From assembly GCA_951406725.2 (NCBI GenBank), contig OX597820.1:4402001-4466000 (forward strand): a stretch of 64,000 nucleotides of DNA. The letters are read 5' to 3'. A program made the position numbers and the translations under genes. Below are positions 1 to 12,874 of this stretch, piece after piece. The notes under the pieces were generated by a model that made no database searches, was not told where the DNA came from, and worked only from the letters and a program-made list of their open reading frames with translations. This DNA comes from Octopus vulgaris (Eukaryota). The stretch's first letter is position 1; every line of letters begins with the position of its first letter.

Positions 1-180
1 GTCAGATTTTGGGTGGGGAAAACGGAATTCTGTCACTGCCACTGCCATTCATCAGTGTTTATGTTCAGTTTCAATTCCACCAAGGTCAATTCTAGCTTTC
101 CATTCTTTTGGGGTTAATGAAATAAATATCAGTTGAACACTAGATTCGATGTAATTAATTTGCCCCCCCCCTCTTGTTCT

Positions 181-1120
181 TAACAGTCATCCAGGCAATA
201 ACAGAGGAATTTAAGACAGGCTGCCCCAGGGAGCTCCTCTATGCTGATGACTTTGCTATTATAGCTGAATCACTACCTGAATTAAAGAAAAAGTTCCAAG
301 TATAGAAGCAAGGTCTAGAATCAAAGCGCCTTAGAGTTAACCTAGCAAAAACCAAAGTCTTAGTAAGTAGGAAGACAGACAAATAACAAATCCCTTCAGG
401 TTGATGGCCCTGCTTGATCTGTAGAAAAGGCATAGGAAGAAACTCCATAAGATGCACCTGGTGTAAGCTTTGGACAGAGAAACTAACTTTTGTATGTGGA
501 AGGTGCACGAGCATAATAAATGCTGAACATGTGTGGAAAATAGACTCCACCAACTGCCAGGGGGCAAACTAGAGGTAGTAGATAGCTTCTGGTATCTAGG
601 TGACCAGGTTAGTAGTGGAGATGGATGCTCTGAGAGTGTAGCTGTGAGAATAAGATTAGGCTGGGCAAAGTTCAGAGAGCTCCTTCCCCTGCTGGTAACA
701 AAGGGCCTCTCTCTCAGAGTGAAAAGCAAATTGTTTGATGCCTGTGTGTGAATAGCTATGCTACATGGCAGTGACAGCTGAGGGCATTCATAGGCTTGAG
801 AGGGATGAAGCCAGTATGCTTTGCTGGATGTGCAATGTCAGTGTGGATGCACAACAAAGTGTAAGCATCTTGAGAGAAAAGTTGGGCATAAGAGGCATCA
901 GATGTGGTGTGCAAGAGAGACAACTGTGCTGGTATGGTCACGTGATGCATATGGACGAGGACAGCTGTGTAAAGAAGTGCCAATCTCTAACTGTGGAGGG
1001 AACTTGTGGTAGAGGTAGATCCAGGAACACATAGGACGAAGTAGTGAGAAAGGATCTTTAGACGTTGGGCCTCACAGACCGAACAGAACTTCTGGTTGTT
1101 TGAGAAAATATGTCAAGCTA
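181..1120 (+). mobile_element. RTE-clade LINE reverse transcriptase fragment (degenerate)
   Basis: ELLYADD, LEVVDSFWYLG, SMLCWMCNV, WYGHV, RGRSRNT; stops and frameshifts. Confidence 0.85.
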
Positions 1121-1427
1121 AGTAAAACTGTGGTGGCCCTTGTATACAGGGACCCTACATCCTGCTTCAGGTGTGTGAGTCAGATCTTGCAGGCTGGTGG
1201 GTGCTGGTGCCACATACATGCACCTGTGCTGATGCAGCCAACACACTCTGAGGGAGCTGTAGAAAGCATGTGGAAACAGACATGGAACCCAGGCAGCCCC
1301 TCTGCAGGCCAACCCCTATCAAACTGTGCAAACCATGCCAGCATGGGAAATGGATGTTAGATGATGATGATGATGATAATGGTAGTGGTGATGGTGATGA
1401 TATATATATATATATATATATAAATCA

Positions 1428-1826
1428 GGGAGGTGAGTTGGCAGAATCGTTAGCATGCCAGGCGAAATGTTTAGCAGTATTTGTCTGCCGTTATGTTCTG
1501 AGTCGAATTTCCGCCGAGGTCGACTTTGCCTTTCATCCTTTTGGGGTCGATAAATTAAGTACCAGTTACGCACTGGGGTCGATATAATCGACTTAATCCG
1601 TGTGTCCTCTCTGTGTTTAGCCCCTTGTGGGTAGTAAAGAAATAGGTATTTCGTCTGTGTTTACGTTCTGAGTTGAAATTCTGCTGAGGTTGACTTTGCC
1701 TTTCATCCTTTCGGGGTCGATTAAATCAAGTACCAGTTACGCACTGGGGTCAATGTAATCGACTTAATCCCTTTATCTGTCCTTGTTTGTCCCCTCTGTG
1801 GTTAGCCGCTGTGGACAATAAAGAAA
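1428..1826 (+). mobile_element. SINE family C, with internal partial tandem duplication
   Basis: GAGTTGGCAGAATCGTTAGC head and GTCGACTTTGCCTTTCATCC body. Other copies at about 13618-13848(-), 18004-18233(-), 23750-23945(-), 29660-29815(-), 34245-34450(+), 41945-42090(-), 56680-56820(-). Confidence 0.75.
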
Positions 1827-2041
1827 TATATATACATTGAAATACAACAAAGCATTTACTATGGCGTGACTGTTTATATTCAACAGAGCAAAATATTTTC
1901 TATAATTTTTACAAGTTTGACTGGTCTTGAAGTGTTTGACATTTTAAGAGCTATTTCAGTTGGTTAAAAGTGCATATATAATATACATACACACATATAT
2001 ATGATATATATATACATCATCATCATCATATATACTAAGTC

Positions 2042-3035
2042 AGAAATGTAGTCTATAGTATAAGATGCATAGAGGGACGATGCAGTAACAAGACAACGAC
2101 ATACGTAGGGGAAATGGCACGGAGCATAGGAGAGCGGGTAAATGAAAATTAGAGAGAACTTAAGGAAGGAAAGAGCTCATCAATTCTGTACCAACACGCC
2201 GAGCAAGAACACAGAGGATCAATCAACAACATAGAGGTTAAAATCTTGTCCACACATAGAACAGATGCAACAATCAGACAAATTACGGAAGCTACACACA
2301 TAATAGAAGATAAACCTAGCCTGAATAGGAAACTGGAATGGAACACTAGCACACACCACAACATATGACAGAAGGGGATCCCCATAAACTGGTTACAATA
2401 TAAACAAAACCGAAAACATAAATAAAATACACAGATAAATAAACAAATAGAAATAAATAACTATATAGGTTTTTTTAAATTTAAAAGTTTTAAAAAATTT
2501 TTAATTAAAATTTTTTTTTTATTTAAAAAATTTTTAAATTTAAAAAATTTTTTAATTTAAAAAAAAATGTTTTATTATTATTATTGTTATTACTAGTATT
2601 GTTGTTATACATACATACATACATACAAGCATACATAATAATAATAATGATAATAATAATAAGTGGATGTAAACATGAACCAAAAAAAAATTACATGAAC
2701 ATATATAAACAGAAGATACAAATATTACAGGCATCCCCCCACCCCCCACACACTAAATAAACATAGACGCACATAGAGATATAAGCATGCGCAAATGAAG
2801 ACACATACAATAGAAATACAAAATAGCTGACGGTTAGTAAGGAGAGACACACAAATAAGAAAGAAGAAAACAAAGGACCACTGATGAGGTCACAGGAGTG
2901 TGACGAAAGAACTTTGGCCGAAATAAGATTAAGATTAATGTAAAAAATAAATAACTCTGAAGCAAAGTAACACCAAATATGTAGTGCGTGTGTTTTTATT
3001 GGCTAAACTGGCAAAATGACCATTCCGAAATATAT
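2042..3035 (+). mobile_element. Penelope-like element 3' fragment: GIY-YIG endonuclease pseudo-ORF (2042..2368) plus hammerhead-bearing 3' region
   Basis: NVVYSIRC..C..TYVGEMARSIGERVNE*...SILYQH..EH...RQITEATHI..KPSLNRKLEW, with one in-frame stop. Confidence 0.8.
2875..2919 (+). ncRNA. Minimal type I hammerhead ribozyme in a Penelope-like element 3' region
   Basis: GGACCA-CTGATGA-G-GTCACA(GGAG)TGTGAC-GAAA-GAACT-T-TGGCC. Confidence 0.7.
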
Positions 3036-3317
3036 CAATATTTATATATATATATATACAAAAATAAGCAACAAGAATGACTCCAGTAATTTGGTACAAT
3101 TGTTTCGCACTACAACATTTTGCCACTGTTCAAGCAACATCGTTTTGATGGAGAGAGTGAGCCAATGTGCAGCAGGAGCATTCGATCATTATAAACAAAT
3201 CATTTGTGCTGGTCGTCCGGCAAAAGCTGAATGCTCATATGTCATGGTCGACAGCAGAGTCCATCATATATATATATAATGTGTGTGTATATATATAAAA
3301 TATATGTATATATATAT

Positions 3318-3879
3318 AAAATCAGTGGAAATTGTAGTTGTGATACCAGGGCCAGTGTCACGTAAGAAGATCCATCCGAACATGGCTGTTGCCAGCGCTG
3401 CCTCGAGTGGCCTCCGTGCCGGTGGCATGTAAAAAGCACCCACTAGACTCACGACCTGTTGAGGCAAGTGAGAATCGAAATCGATCAACATCAATGGAAA
3501 TTGCAGCTGTGATACCAGTGCTGGTGGAACGTAAGAGAACCATCCGAACGTGGCCGTTGCCAGCGCCGCCCGGACTGGCCCGTGCCGGTGGCACGTAAAA
3601 AGCACCATCCGTTCGTGGTCGTTTGCCAGCCTCGCCTGGCCCCTGTGCCGGTGGCATGTAAAAAGCACCATCCGATCGTGGCCGTTTGCCAGCCTCGTCT
3701 GGCACGTAAAAAGCACCCACTATACTCACGGAGTGGTTGGCGTTAGGAAGGACATCCAGCCGTAGAAACATTGCCAGATCAGATTGGGGCCTGGTGCAGC
3801 CTTCTGGCTTCCTAGACCCCAGTTGAAACATCCAACCCATGCTAGCATGGAAAACAGACGCTAAACAATGATGATGATG
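3318..3879 (+). mobile_element. RTE-LINE 3' UTR-derived element (family D) with ~60-bp internal tandem units and (GAT)n tail
   Basis: Repeated GTGCCGGTGGCACGTAAAAAGCACC units and an invariant 3' end AACCCATGCTAGCATGGAAA..(GAT)n. Many copies, e.g. 4262-4449, 11820-12230(-), 12872-13060, 14935-15335(-), 26180-26415, 32560-33003, 35095-35460(-), 42090-42308, 43050-43567, 46035-46472, 47535-47748, 50480-51041, 54300-54585(-), 54812-55123, 63772-63960(-). Confidence 0.8.
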
Positions 3880-3883
3880 TAAA

Positions 3884-4745
3884 CATTCTATAATTATTAA
3901 CATAATTATAATTAGGAGTCAGCTAATTGCTTCACCATGCACTGAATTTAGAAATGGGAGCTAAAATTCCTTTTCTGCCACTGTAAAGATTTCCCAGACA
4001 ATAACATACTTTTTTACGTAGGCAAAAAGAGAAAAACAACGAATCATCCACATGACTCAGATTAGCTACATACGTGTTTCGGGATTAAGGTAAAGTTACA
4101 TTTACTTACTTATTCCACCTCATCAGTGTAGCATTTCAAATATAAATTTGAGAGTGTTTAGGATTAAATATATAGGCGGTTGAGTGCCATCGTATAACTG
4201 ATGTCCAACCAACACTTCCAAAAGTATACAGCCGAATGTGAACATATATTTATCTTCAATCTTACGTGCAGATGGCATGTAAAAAGCACCCACTACACTC
4301 GCGGAGTGGTTGGCGTTAGGAAGGGCATCCAGCTGTAGAAACACTGCCAGATCAGACTGGAGCATGGGGCAGCCCCTAGCTCCCCAGACCCCGGTCGAAC
4401 CGTCCAACCCGTGCTAGCGCGGAAAACGGATGTTAAACGATGATGATGAATACCCACGTGTGTGTTACAAGCAATCCTGCAGAAACTACAGTTTTCGATC
4501 AGGGAGTAAATTATAATTCCAATATTAATAATAAAAGGGTAAAATTAATTAATTAATTAATCAATTAATTGATTAATAATTAATAATTCTACCAAGTAGA
4601 TCGGTACGTTAAAATAAACTTTTTAGGTAAAATTACATAAATATTCTATAATTATTAACATAATTATAATGAGGGGTCAGCTAATTGCTTCACCATGCAC
4701 CGAATTTAGAAATAGGAGTTAAAATTCCTTTTCTGCTACCATAAT
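3884..4745 (-). mobile_element. Non-coding element with ~100-bp terminal direct repeats and an internal hammerhead (Penelope pLTR/retrozyme-like)
   Basis: 3884-3985 repeated at about 4643-4745 (ATTCTATAATTATTAACATAATTATAAT...GAATTTAGAAAT...AAAATTCCTTTTCTGC); interrupted by a family D insertion at 4262-4449. Confidence 0.6.
4065..4132 (-). ncRNA. Type I hammerhead ribozyme with intact core
   Basis: Minus strand: GCTACA-CTGATGA-(stem II GGAATAAG/CTTAATCC)-GAAA-CACGT-A-TGTAGC; perfect 6-bp stem I, GUA cleavage triplet. Confidence 0.8.
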
Positions 4746-4752
4746 AAATATG

Positions 4753-4793
<41 letters not shown>

Positions 4794-5018
4794 CATATCA
4801 GTATATACACACTTACATCACAACCACAGTTTACACAAGTATATTATTAAAGGCTTCTCTGCTGCCTGTCAGACTGTCTGCCTGTTCAAGTGCAATTAGT
4901 GATGTGAGGCATGAATAGAAGTGAGTCATGTGACAGTCACGTGACAGTGATACCACTGCAGCCATCACTATGTGTTGATATAATGCAGACAGCTGCACCA
5001 AGTTCATTGGAACGGGTG

Positions 5019-5179
5019 TTAATGTTTGGTAGCAATGAGAGTGTTACCATAGCTACAAGAGACCGAGGTCACAGTGAACGGATCATCTGGGAAAGTAATC
5101 TTCTGAGGGATTCCACTGTTTTCTGAATTCCTGCCGAGTCGACCTCGAGAACTGTTTCCCCATGAAAATACTTCTGAAT
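5019..5179 (-). CDS. NEK8: NEK8 exon 16, terminal ([17 protein letters not shown]...[17 protein letters not shown])
   Basis: 161 nt, acceptor ttattccag, TAA at 5021..5019; resembles the NEK8 C-terminus. Confidence 0.94.
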
Positions 5180-7184
5180 CTGGAATAAGAATAAAAGTGA
5201 GATAATAATTACAGAACAGAAATTAAAAAAGAAAAGGAATATTTAACACGAGTGAGCGTTTAAAATACAGGCTCTCGTCCAGTTGACAAAGATAATCCCT
5301 GGCCAGAGAAAATACTTATATTTATCACACTTTGATGCCAACATCGTGAGACTGGCTTGACATCAAGTTATTCATCCACCCAGGTTATTTACACCAATAT
5401 TACTAATCACATTTTTAATTAATTTGGTTAAGTTTCTTAAATAATAGCTGTATCATTGTCAGACACCTGAATCTTTCTCAACCAACTTCTTCTCTGTTGA
5501 TCATCCACATCTTTGTGAATTGTCTACTTCTTTGTCAATCCCCAACATCTCTGTTAATCACCTACAACATTGTCAATCATCTCTATCTTTGACAGTCACT
5601 TATATTTCTGTAAGTCACTTGCATCATTGTCAATCCCCTGAATCTTTCCCACTCAACTTCCTCTCTATCAATCACCAGCATCTTTCCAATACTTTAGACA
5701 CTTCATAAAACACACAACGTCCTTATTACTGGGGAATGGTAACCTGCCTCCACCATGCAAGCCAGATACTAAAGCCAGAAGGAATGTCCAGAAATGTGGA
5801 AAATTCTTCACCAATTCAAGATTCTGTTGCAAAAGAAGCGTATGGCGATTGGGAAACAGATTTCTTTCGTGGTTAGCCACACACTTCCAGTAAAAAAAAA
5901 GAGAAAAATGTGTTGGGGAGGGTAACAACATATTAGAGTCGGAAGGACCGAAACCCACATTATTTTCCTCTTAATTACACAACAAAAATTACTCCCCCGT
6001 CCTCATACCATCAAAGTCAACAAACAACCCTCATGGCTCCCCTTGATACATGTTCACCCCTGCATTCCCCAAAATATACAACAAATATGATTTAAATATC
6101 TACTTTGGTAAGAATCAATGATTACTTCAGATTCTCTGAATTAATTATTTGATAATTATCCAATAATTATTCAGTCTTCTTTCTTAATTCATGAGAAATA
6201 AACCAGTAAAAGGTGGATTTAAACGTTGACGTATTTATGTTTTGGCATTTTGATTGGAGGAAAGGTTTACTTTAATAAATAAAACTACTTCAGCTGCTCT
6301 TTGTCAAAATACAATTGATACCTTTGTCATTGTTGTTTGTTCCTTCTCAAGCCAAGCCTGGTTCATAAGGGCTGGTTTCCCAGTTTCATTGGCATATATA
6401 AGTTACCCACCTGGACAGGACACCGGTCCGTCGCAGGTGAGCTGCTAGATGCAGGAGGAAAGAGTGACAGAAAGCTGTGGCAAAAGAGTCAGCAGAGGTT
6501 CACTATTATCTTGTACTGGAGCCAAGGTGGAACTTAGGTGTTTCACTCATAAACACAAACATCACCCGGTCTGGGATTTGAACTTGTGATCCCTCCACCA
6601 CGAGTCCGCTGCTCTAACCACTAAGCCATGACACTTATTATGTGTCACATATTATTTCAATAAAACAGCCGCACCTTCTACACAATGCTGACCTCAACAA
6701 AACAATCCCCATTGTACCTCAATAAAGCTGCCTCTCACAATTCTTTCCTCAATGAAACAGCCTTGCATTTACCTCAATAAAACCGGATCCATTCAGTCAG
6801 GTCTTAATAATAACTTTTCCCCTCTTCAGATAAACACTGGCATTCTTATCAAGTCAAGCTACAGACAGACTTTGTTTGAAGCCACCTCTCAGCAGTACTT
6901 ACCTTCGGTGACTGCTATGGTGTAGGTATCGCCACATGCTACTGCAGTAGTTACGTACGACTCTAAGCTGTTGACACGGCGAGGTCGGCTGCGAGAGGAG
7001 AATTCTGTTTCATAACCCAACTGACCAAACTGGTTTGAACCAAACGTGAAGCATTCACCACTGACTGCAACAAACATCAATTGCTGGCATTAACAATAAC
7101 AAAAGGCAACACAAACAACAACAACAACAGCAACACAAACAACAGTAGCTGTTGCTGTGACTACTACTACTACTACTACTACTA

Positions 7185-7232
<48 letters not shown>

Positions 7233-9617
7233 AGTTTAGAGAATATAAAGATAGATTTTTGAGAAAAAGAAAGATTAAAAGAGAGCTTGCCAAATATAAA
7301 TGTAGGTCAAGAAAAGTCTTAAATAAAACTGGGAGAAGAAAAAAAGTGGGAAAACAGAAAATTAGGGAAAAAAAAATTATTATTGAGAAGAGAAAGTTGG
7401 CTGGTTTCATTCTAACTCTCTGCTTAAACCTTTCCCACTCCCTTCTCTCTCCACCTCCTCCTCCTACTACTCTTGGAGCCTGACACTAAATGCTAGAATG
7501 AGTTCTTCCTTTTCACAGCGTCAGCTTCTTCCACTTCTGTCCCTTGTCCTGGATTTTCCTGCAGACATCAACTTGCAGCTATTCATGAGAAACATTAACC
7601 ATTCCAACGCCTCAAAGCTAAGAATGTCTGTCGATGTTATGGGCCTGTGAAGGCTATGAGCCTGCCATGACCACATCATTGAGTGATGTGTAACAAGAAT
7701 TCCTCCAAAGGATGCCAAAGAAAGTTGGAGCTTTCTTGGCCTGACATCCAGACCTACTGAGGTGAAACTTGGAGGAATACCCATCGTCGGAAGCACTTCC
7801 TCTTCAATCTTTCCATTCATGTCATTGGAACCTCAGACACAGTCAACAGCCACACGAGTCTTGGGAGCAGCCTGTGTTGGAAATGCCATTCTTTGAAGTT
7901 TCCTGCAAGTCCTCATCTTTCAACCATTCCTCAATCTGCCTCTAAGTGTTGCTACTTTCATTCACTGAGTCATCAAATCACTTCACAAGACATTTCATTG
8001 CATTTTCCTTTTTCCAAACAAAGAGAACGGCTCCTGCAGCTTCAGCATCATTTCTTTCCATTATTTACATTTGACGGATATGTGCTCAAGTGAAGCCAGC
8101 CCCTCTTTCACCTCCACATAGTTTGTAGTTCACCGTCAGATCATCTTGTTAAGGGCAAGGATACAACATTTTCAACTGAGTGGAATGGAGTAACAAAAAA
8201 GGAAACTTTTTTTGTTCAAGAACTTAATGGACTGCCCAGTTTGGGAATTGAAATCACAACTTTATGACAGTGAGTCCAACACCTTAACCACAAACCCATG
8301 TGCCTTCATGCCTTCTAAAATCTTACTGACTCCATTTATCTATTTTTTTGGAAGAGAAAGAGTAGTGTCCTTTTTTCAGGGCTGGTAGCAGAAAGAAAGT
8401 AAGTAACCCTGAGATAGAAGACCTGCTCCAAATGCTTGCACCTACATGAAATCAGCTAAAGGCACCCAAGGGTTGATTGAGGGCTTAAGTGGCTGATGGA
8501 CTCAGGTGATCATCTAAAATAAGGGCAGTCACTCAAATAGGTTTATACCTTCTTCCATCTACTAAATTTCACCCACAAAGCTTTGGTCTATCCCAGAAGC
8601 TGAGGGGGCTGGAACTCAGAACTATGGGATCAAATAGCCAAAATGTTGTGACTCAGCAAAGTATTTTGGTTATATTGGTCAGACAACCGAGATAAAGATC
8701 AGACCTATTTATTAAAAATACTTTGTCGTATAAATTCCAAAATTCAAAGTAATTTGTGCTCACAAGAGAACAACATGAAAAACAATAGCAAAGTGCTAAA
8801 AGTGTTGAAACAAGTTAATTTATCCTGTTAGAGAACCAGTGATCCGTATCAACTGTTTGAGAATCGGTGATCCGTATCAATTGAATGTTCACAGATGTTA
8901 CCTCGTTTATGCAAACAAAGATGAGTGAAAAATAATTAGTTCAACATTAAAGTCGAAAAATCATTAAAATATTTAGGACAAATTATGGAGTTAACGAGAA
9001 GCACAAAATACGCATGATATGAGAGAGGGATACGTCGAATTGAGGTGTGATGCTTAATGCAAGAACTTACCTGTCACAACCGCAGTGTGGGATGTACCCA
9101 GGGCAACATTTTTTATTTCTTTCTCACCTAAAGGCGACCGATTGACGACAGTGAACTTAAAGATGACATCCACATTCTCTTCGTCTGTGTCTAATCCAAG
9201 TTTGTTATATCTAAAAGGAAAGACATTAGCAGACACACTCACCACATCAAGTAAGCAGCTCTGATACATACAAAACATCATTAAGTTATGATGCTGAAAA
9301 AGCTAATTGAATTAATTACTGTAATAAAAAATTTATGACAAAGATTATTTTTATTTATCATTTATTATCCATTTCAGTCATTAGACTGTTGCCATGCTGG
9401 AGTACACGCTGAAGAAATTGATGAAGCTCTAGTTTTATTTCTAACACCTTACCATCTTGACAGAGGACTTGTGAGGCGAAGGCAGAAACCATTGGCTTTC
9501 ATGGAGGATGGTACAGGGGTTACTGTAAACAAACAACCTCGCTTGTATGACAGTGATACTCATTTACAACCATCATGTGGTGTCCAGACAAAAGTACACA
9601 CAAAGGTACATACACAC

Positions 9618-9659
<42 letters not shown>

Positions 9660-12600
9660 GGCTTCTTTCAGTTTCTGTCTACCACATTCATTCACAAGGT
9701 TTTGGTTGGCTTGGGACTATAAAAGAAGATGCTTGCCCAACGTACCATGAAGTGGGACTGAACCCAAGATCACATTGTTGGCAAGCAGGCTTCTTAACCA
9801 CACAGCCATGCCTGTTTGAGAAGGAATGACTGGGTATAATGGTTAGTAATGGTTTGTAGGACCAAGAGCAAAAGAATGGGAGAGAGCAACAGATGTGTTG
9901 TATGGAGTTGGAAGGATATAGAGCAGAGGCTGTGGTAGTAGTGGTAGAAGAGGTAGAGAGATGGCACAGTGTGCCACTGTGTGACAGTGTTGGGGCGTGA
10001 AGTATTGGCACTCAGAAGAATGGGGCTTAAGAGGAAGGACTATTAGTGTAGAGTAACAACATCATCCCAGATACATGGAAGCCCTGTGCTGCAGTTTATT
10101 TTCCAGGCTAAGATTCGAAACCGAATCTAAGAATTCTTGCTCACTGGGTCCACCTGCCATTTGTTAACCAAGCAGGGAAATTTCTTTGTCCTATCAGAGT
10201 GATTGATGAGTTTCCATTCGACCTCTGACCTGGCTGTGTCACGGAAAGTTCAACTGGACAGCAAGTGACCTAAATAGGTACAAGCCACTCTTATAATGGT
10301 ACTAGCAGTATCGCCCGGCGTTGCTCGGGTTTGTAAGGGAAATAACTATATAAGCATTTTTAGAGAGTTATAGCCAAAAAATAGCAAAAAAATGCATTAA
10401 AAATGGAAAAAAAATGATGGTAAATTTTTTTTTAAATCATTGACTCATCGTAGACATTTTTAGAGAGTTACTTCCCCTATATAATAGCGGAAAAAAATGA
10501 TGGTAAATTTTTTTAAAAATCGTAGACTCATCGTAGATGCGCGCTAATACCCAGACGGGCTCGATATGAATCATGACTATAAGATACCCGCTTTTGGTTA
10601 CACTGCACCGCAAAATGTGGGAGTAGTTAGGAATCTAAATCGTAGGAGACAGACACACAACTTCACTTTTATATATAAAGATATCCCTCCTTCTATCTAG
10701 AATGGGCCAGTCTAAATAAGAGTTCCACAGGCACAGAGCCAACAGTCAGCATTGTGATAGAAACGGTGAGCACTGTGAGCGGAGCGACACGCAAGAAGAA
10801 TTTGCAGACCAAAGAACAGACAAGAGAGAGAAACGATGCAACAGAGGTGAATGCCAAACGCACAGACAGACACACAAAATATGTCTTTGTACTTTCTCGT
10901 CCCATCAACGTTCTCTTTCCTCCATTTTTACTTTGTCGACTCAAAGTAGTTGGTTACTTTATGTAGTGGCATATTTCTTTGCAAGTATTCGACTGTGACC
11001 AAATAAATAAGGTAAACTACATTCCTAATCTTCCTTCGTTGTTTCCCATCGATGCCGATCCAATATGCCTAGCGTCATCGCCTACACCTGACAACTCACA
11101 CCCATTCCTCAACTTAACATTCCGCTGCAGATGTGATGAGGCCACTGTGAGAATTCATCAGAAATTGTTAGATCTAACCCTAGCAGTGTGTTCGGAGGCA
11201 CAGTTCACATACATCTTCTTGTCAAATGCTTAACCCTTTTGTTACTGTATTTATTTTGAGATGTTCTGTGTTTCTTTCAATTAATTTTAAATATAACAAA
11301 GCATTTAGTAAAATAATTTATTATTAAGTTAGTGTTAGGAACATAAATTGTGACTAAAGTTTGGTGGAAGATTTTAATTCAAGACTTATGAAAACAAGAC
11401 GTTTGTACTCAGAGCCAGAGCTGATTTCAGCCAGGTTGGTATCGAAAGATTTGAACACCTTAGATTATCAATGAAATACTGGTCTTCACTACCCATGATA
11501 TTTATAATGGACCAACTGACCTGTTATTGCCACAACTTAGAAGTTTCTTGTCCACAGTTAATATAATAGAACTATCCACACCACAGTGGACAGAAAATGG
11601 CTGCATATTTTCAGGAATTGGCACAGCTGATGGAGAAAGACAGCTCTCCTGGGTAGTTAAACCAAGACGACCTGAGAAAGGCAAAACAAAGAATGAAATG
11701 AAGAAATGGTAAAAAGGCAAAAAAGCCAAAAGACAGAATGATGGTCAATGAGTGAATAATTAGTACATCAGTTGATCACTTGTAAAAAATACTAAACGCA
11801 TATATGTAGCATCTATGTCATCATCATCATGATCATCATCGTTTAACGTCCGTTCTCCATGCTAGCATGGGTTGGACGGTTCGACCGGGGATCTGGGAAG
11901 CCAGAAGGCTGCACCAGGCTCCAGTCTGATCTGGCGGTGTTTCTACAGCTGGATGCCCTTCCTAACGCCAACCACTCCGTGAGTGTAGCGGGTGCTTTTT
12001 ACGTGCCACCTGCACAGGTGCCAGGCGAGGCTGGCAACGGCCACGGTCGGATTGGTGCATTTTACGTGCCACCGGCACGGAAGTCAGTCGAGGCGATGCT
12101 GGCATCGGCCACGATTCGGATAGTGCTTTTTACGTACCACCAGTCCAGGGGTCCTGGCAACTGCCGGATGCCAGTCATAGGATTGGTTCAATTTCGATTT
12201 CACTTGCCCCAACAGGTCTTCGCAAGCCAAACACACACATCATCAACGATGATGATGAAGATGGTGACATGTGTGTGTTTACAATATATAGAGAGACATA
12301 TGTAGACATATATCATCCTCATCATCATTTTAACGTCCACTTTTACCTGTTTGCATGGGTTGGACTGAGTTTATTGAGGTAGATTGTCTACGGCCAAACG
12401 CCTTTCCTGTCCCCAACCCTTACCTGTTTCTAAATAAGGTAATATTCCCCCATGGCCAGGCATGTTCTCGCAGAATATTGGTATTGAACGATTCTCCATG
12501 TATGGCAGAAACAATCATACAATGTCAAGACAAGGACACACACACACACACAACAAGCTTCTTTCAGTTTCCATCAACAAAAAAAATCCACTCACAAAGT

Positions 12601-12795
12601 TTTGGTTGGTCCAGGGCTGTAGTAGAAGGTACTTGCCCTTGCATCATCATCATCATCATCATCACTGTTGTTTAATGTCCATTTTTCATGCTGGCATGGG
12701 TTGGACGGTTTGACTGAGGACTGGTGAAGCAGAAGACTGTACCAGGCTCCAATCTGTTCTGGCAAAGATTCTACACCTGGATGCCTTTCTTAACA

Positions 12796-12874
<79 letters not shown>

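Noticed and set aside
2468-2570. AT-only quasi-palindromic tract as a cruciform element
   Set aside because: Low-complexity A/T runs; self-complementarity is expected by chance and the sequence quality may be poor.
10745-11095. Solo LTR
   Set aside because: It has AATAAA and a ..TGACA end, but no convincing TG start, TSD or second copy.
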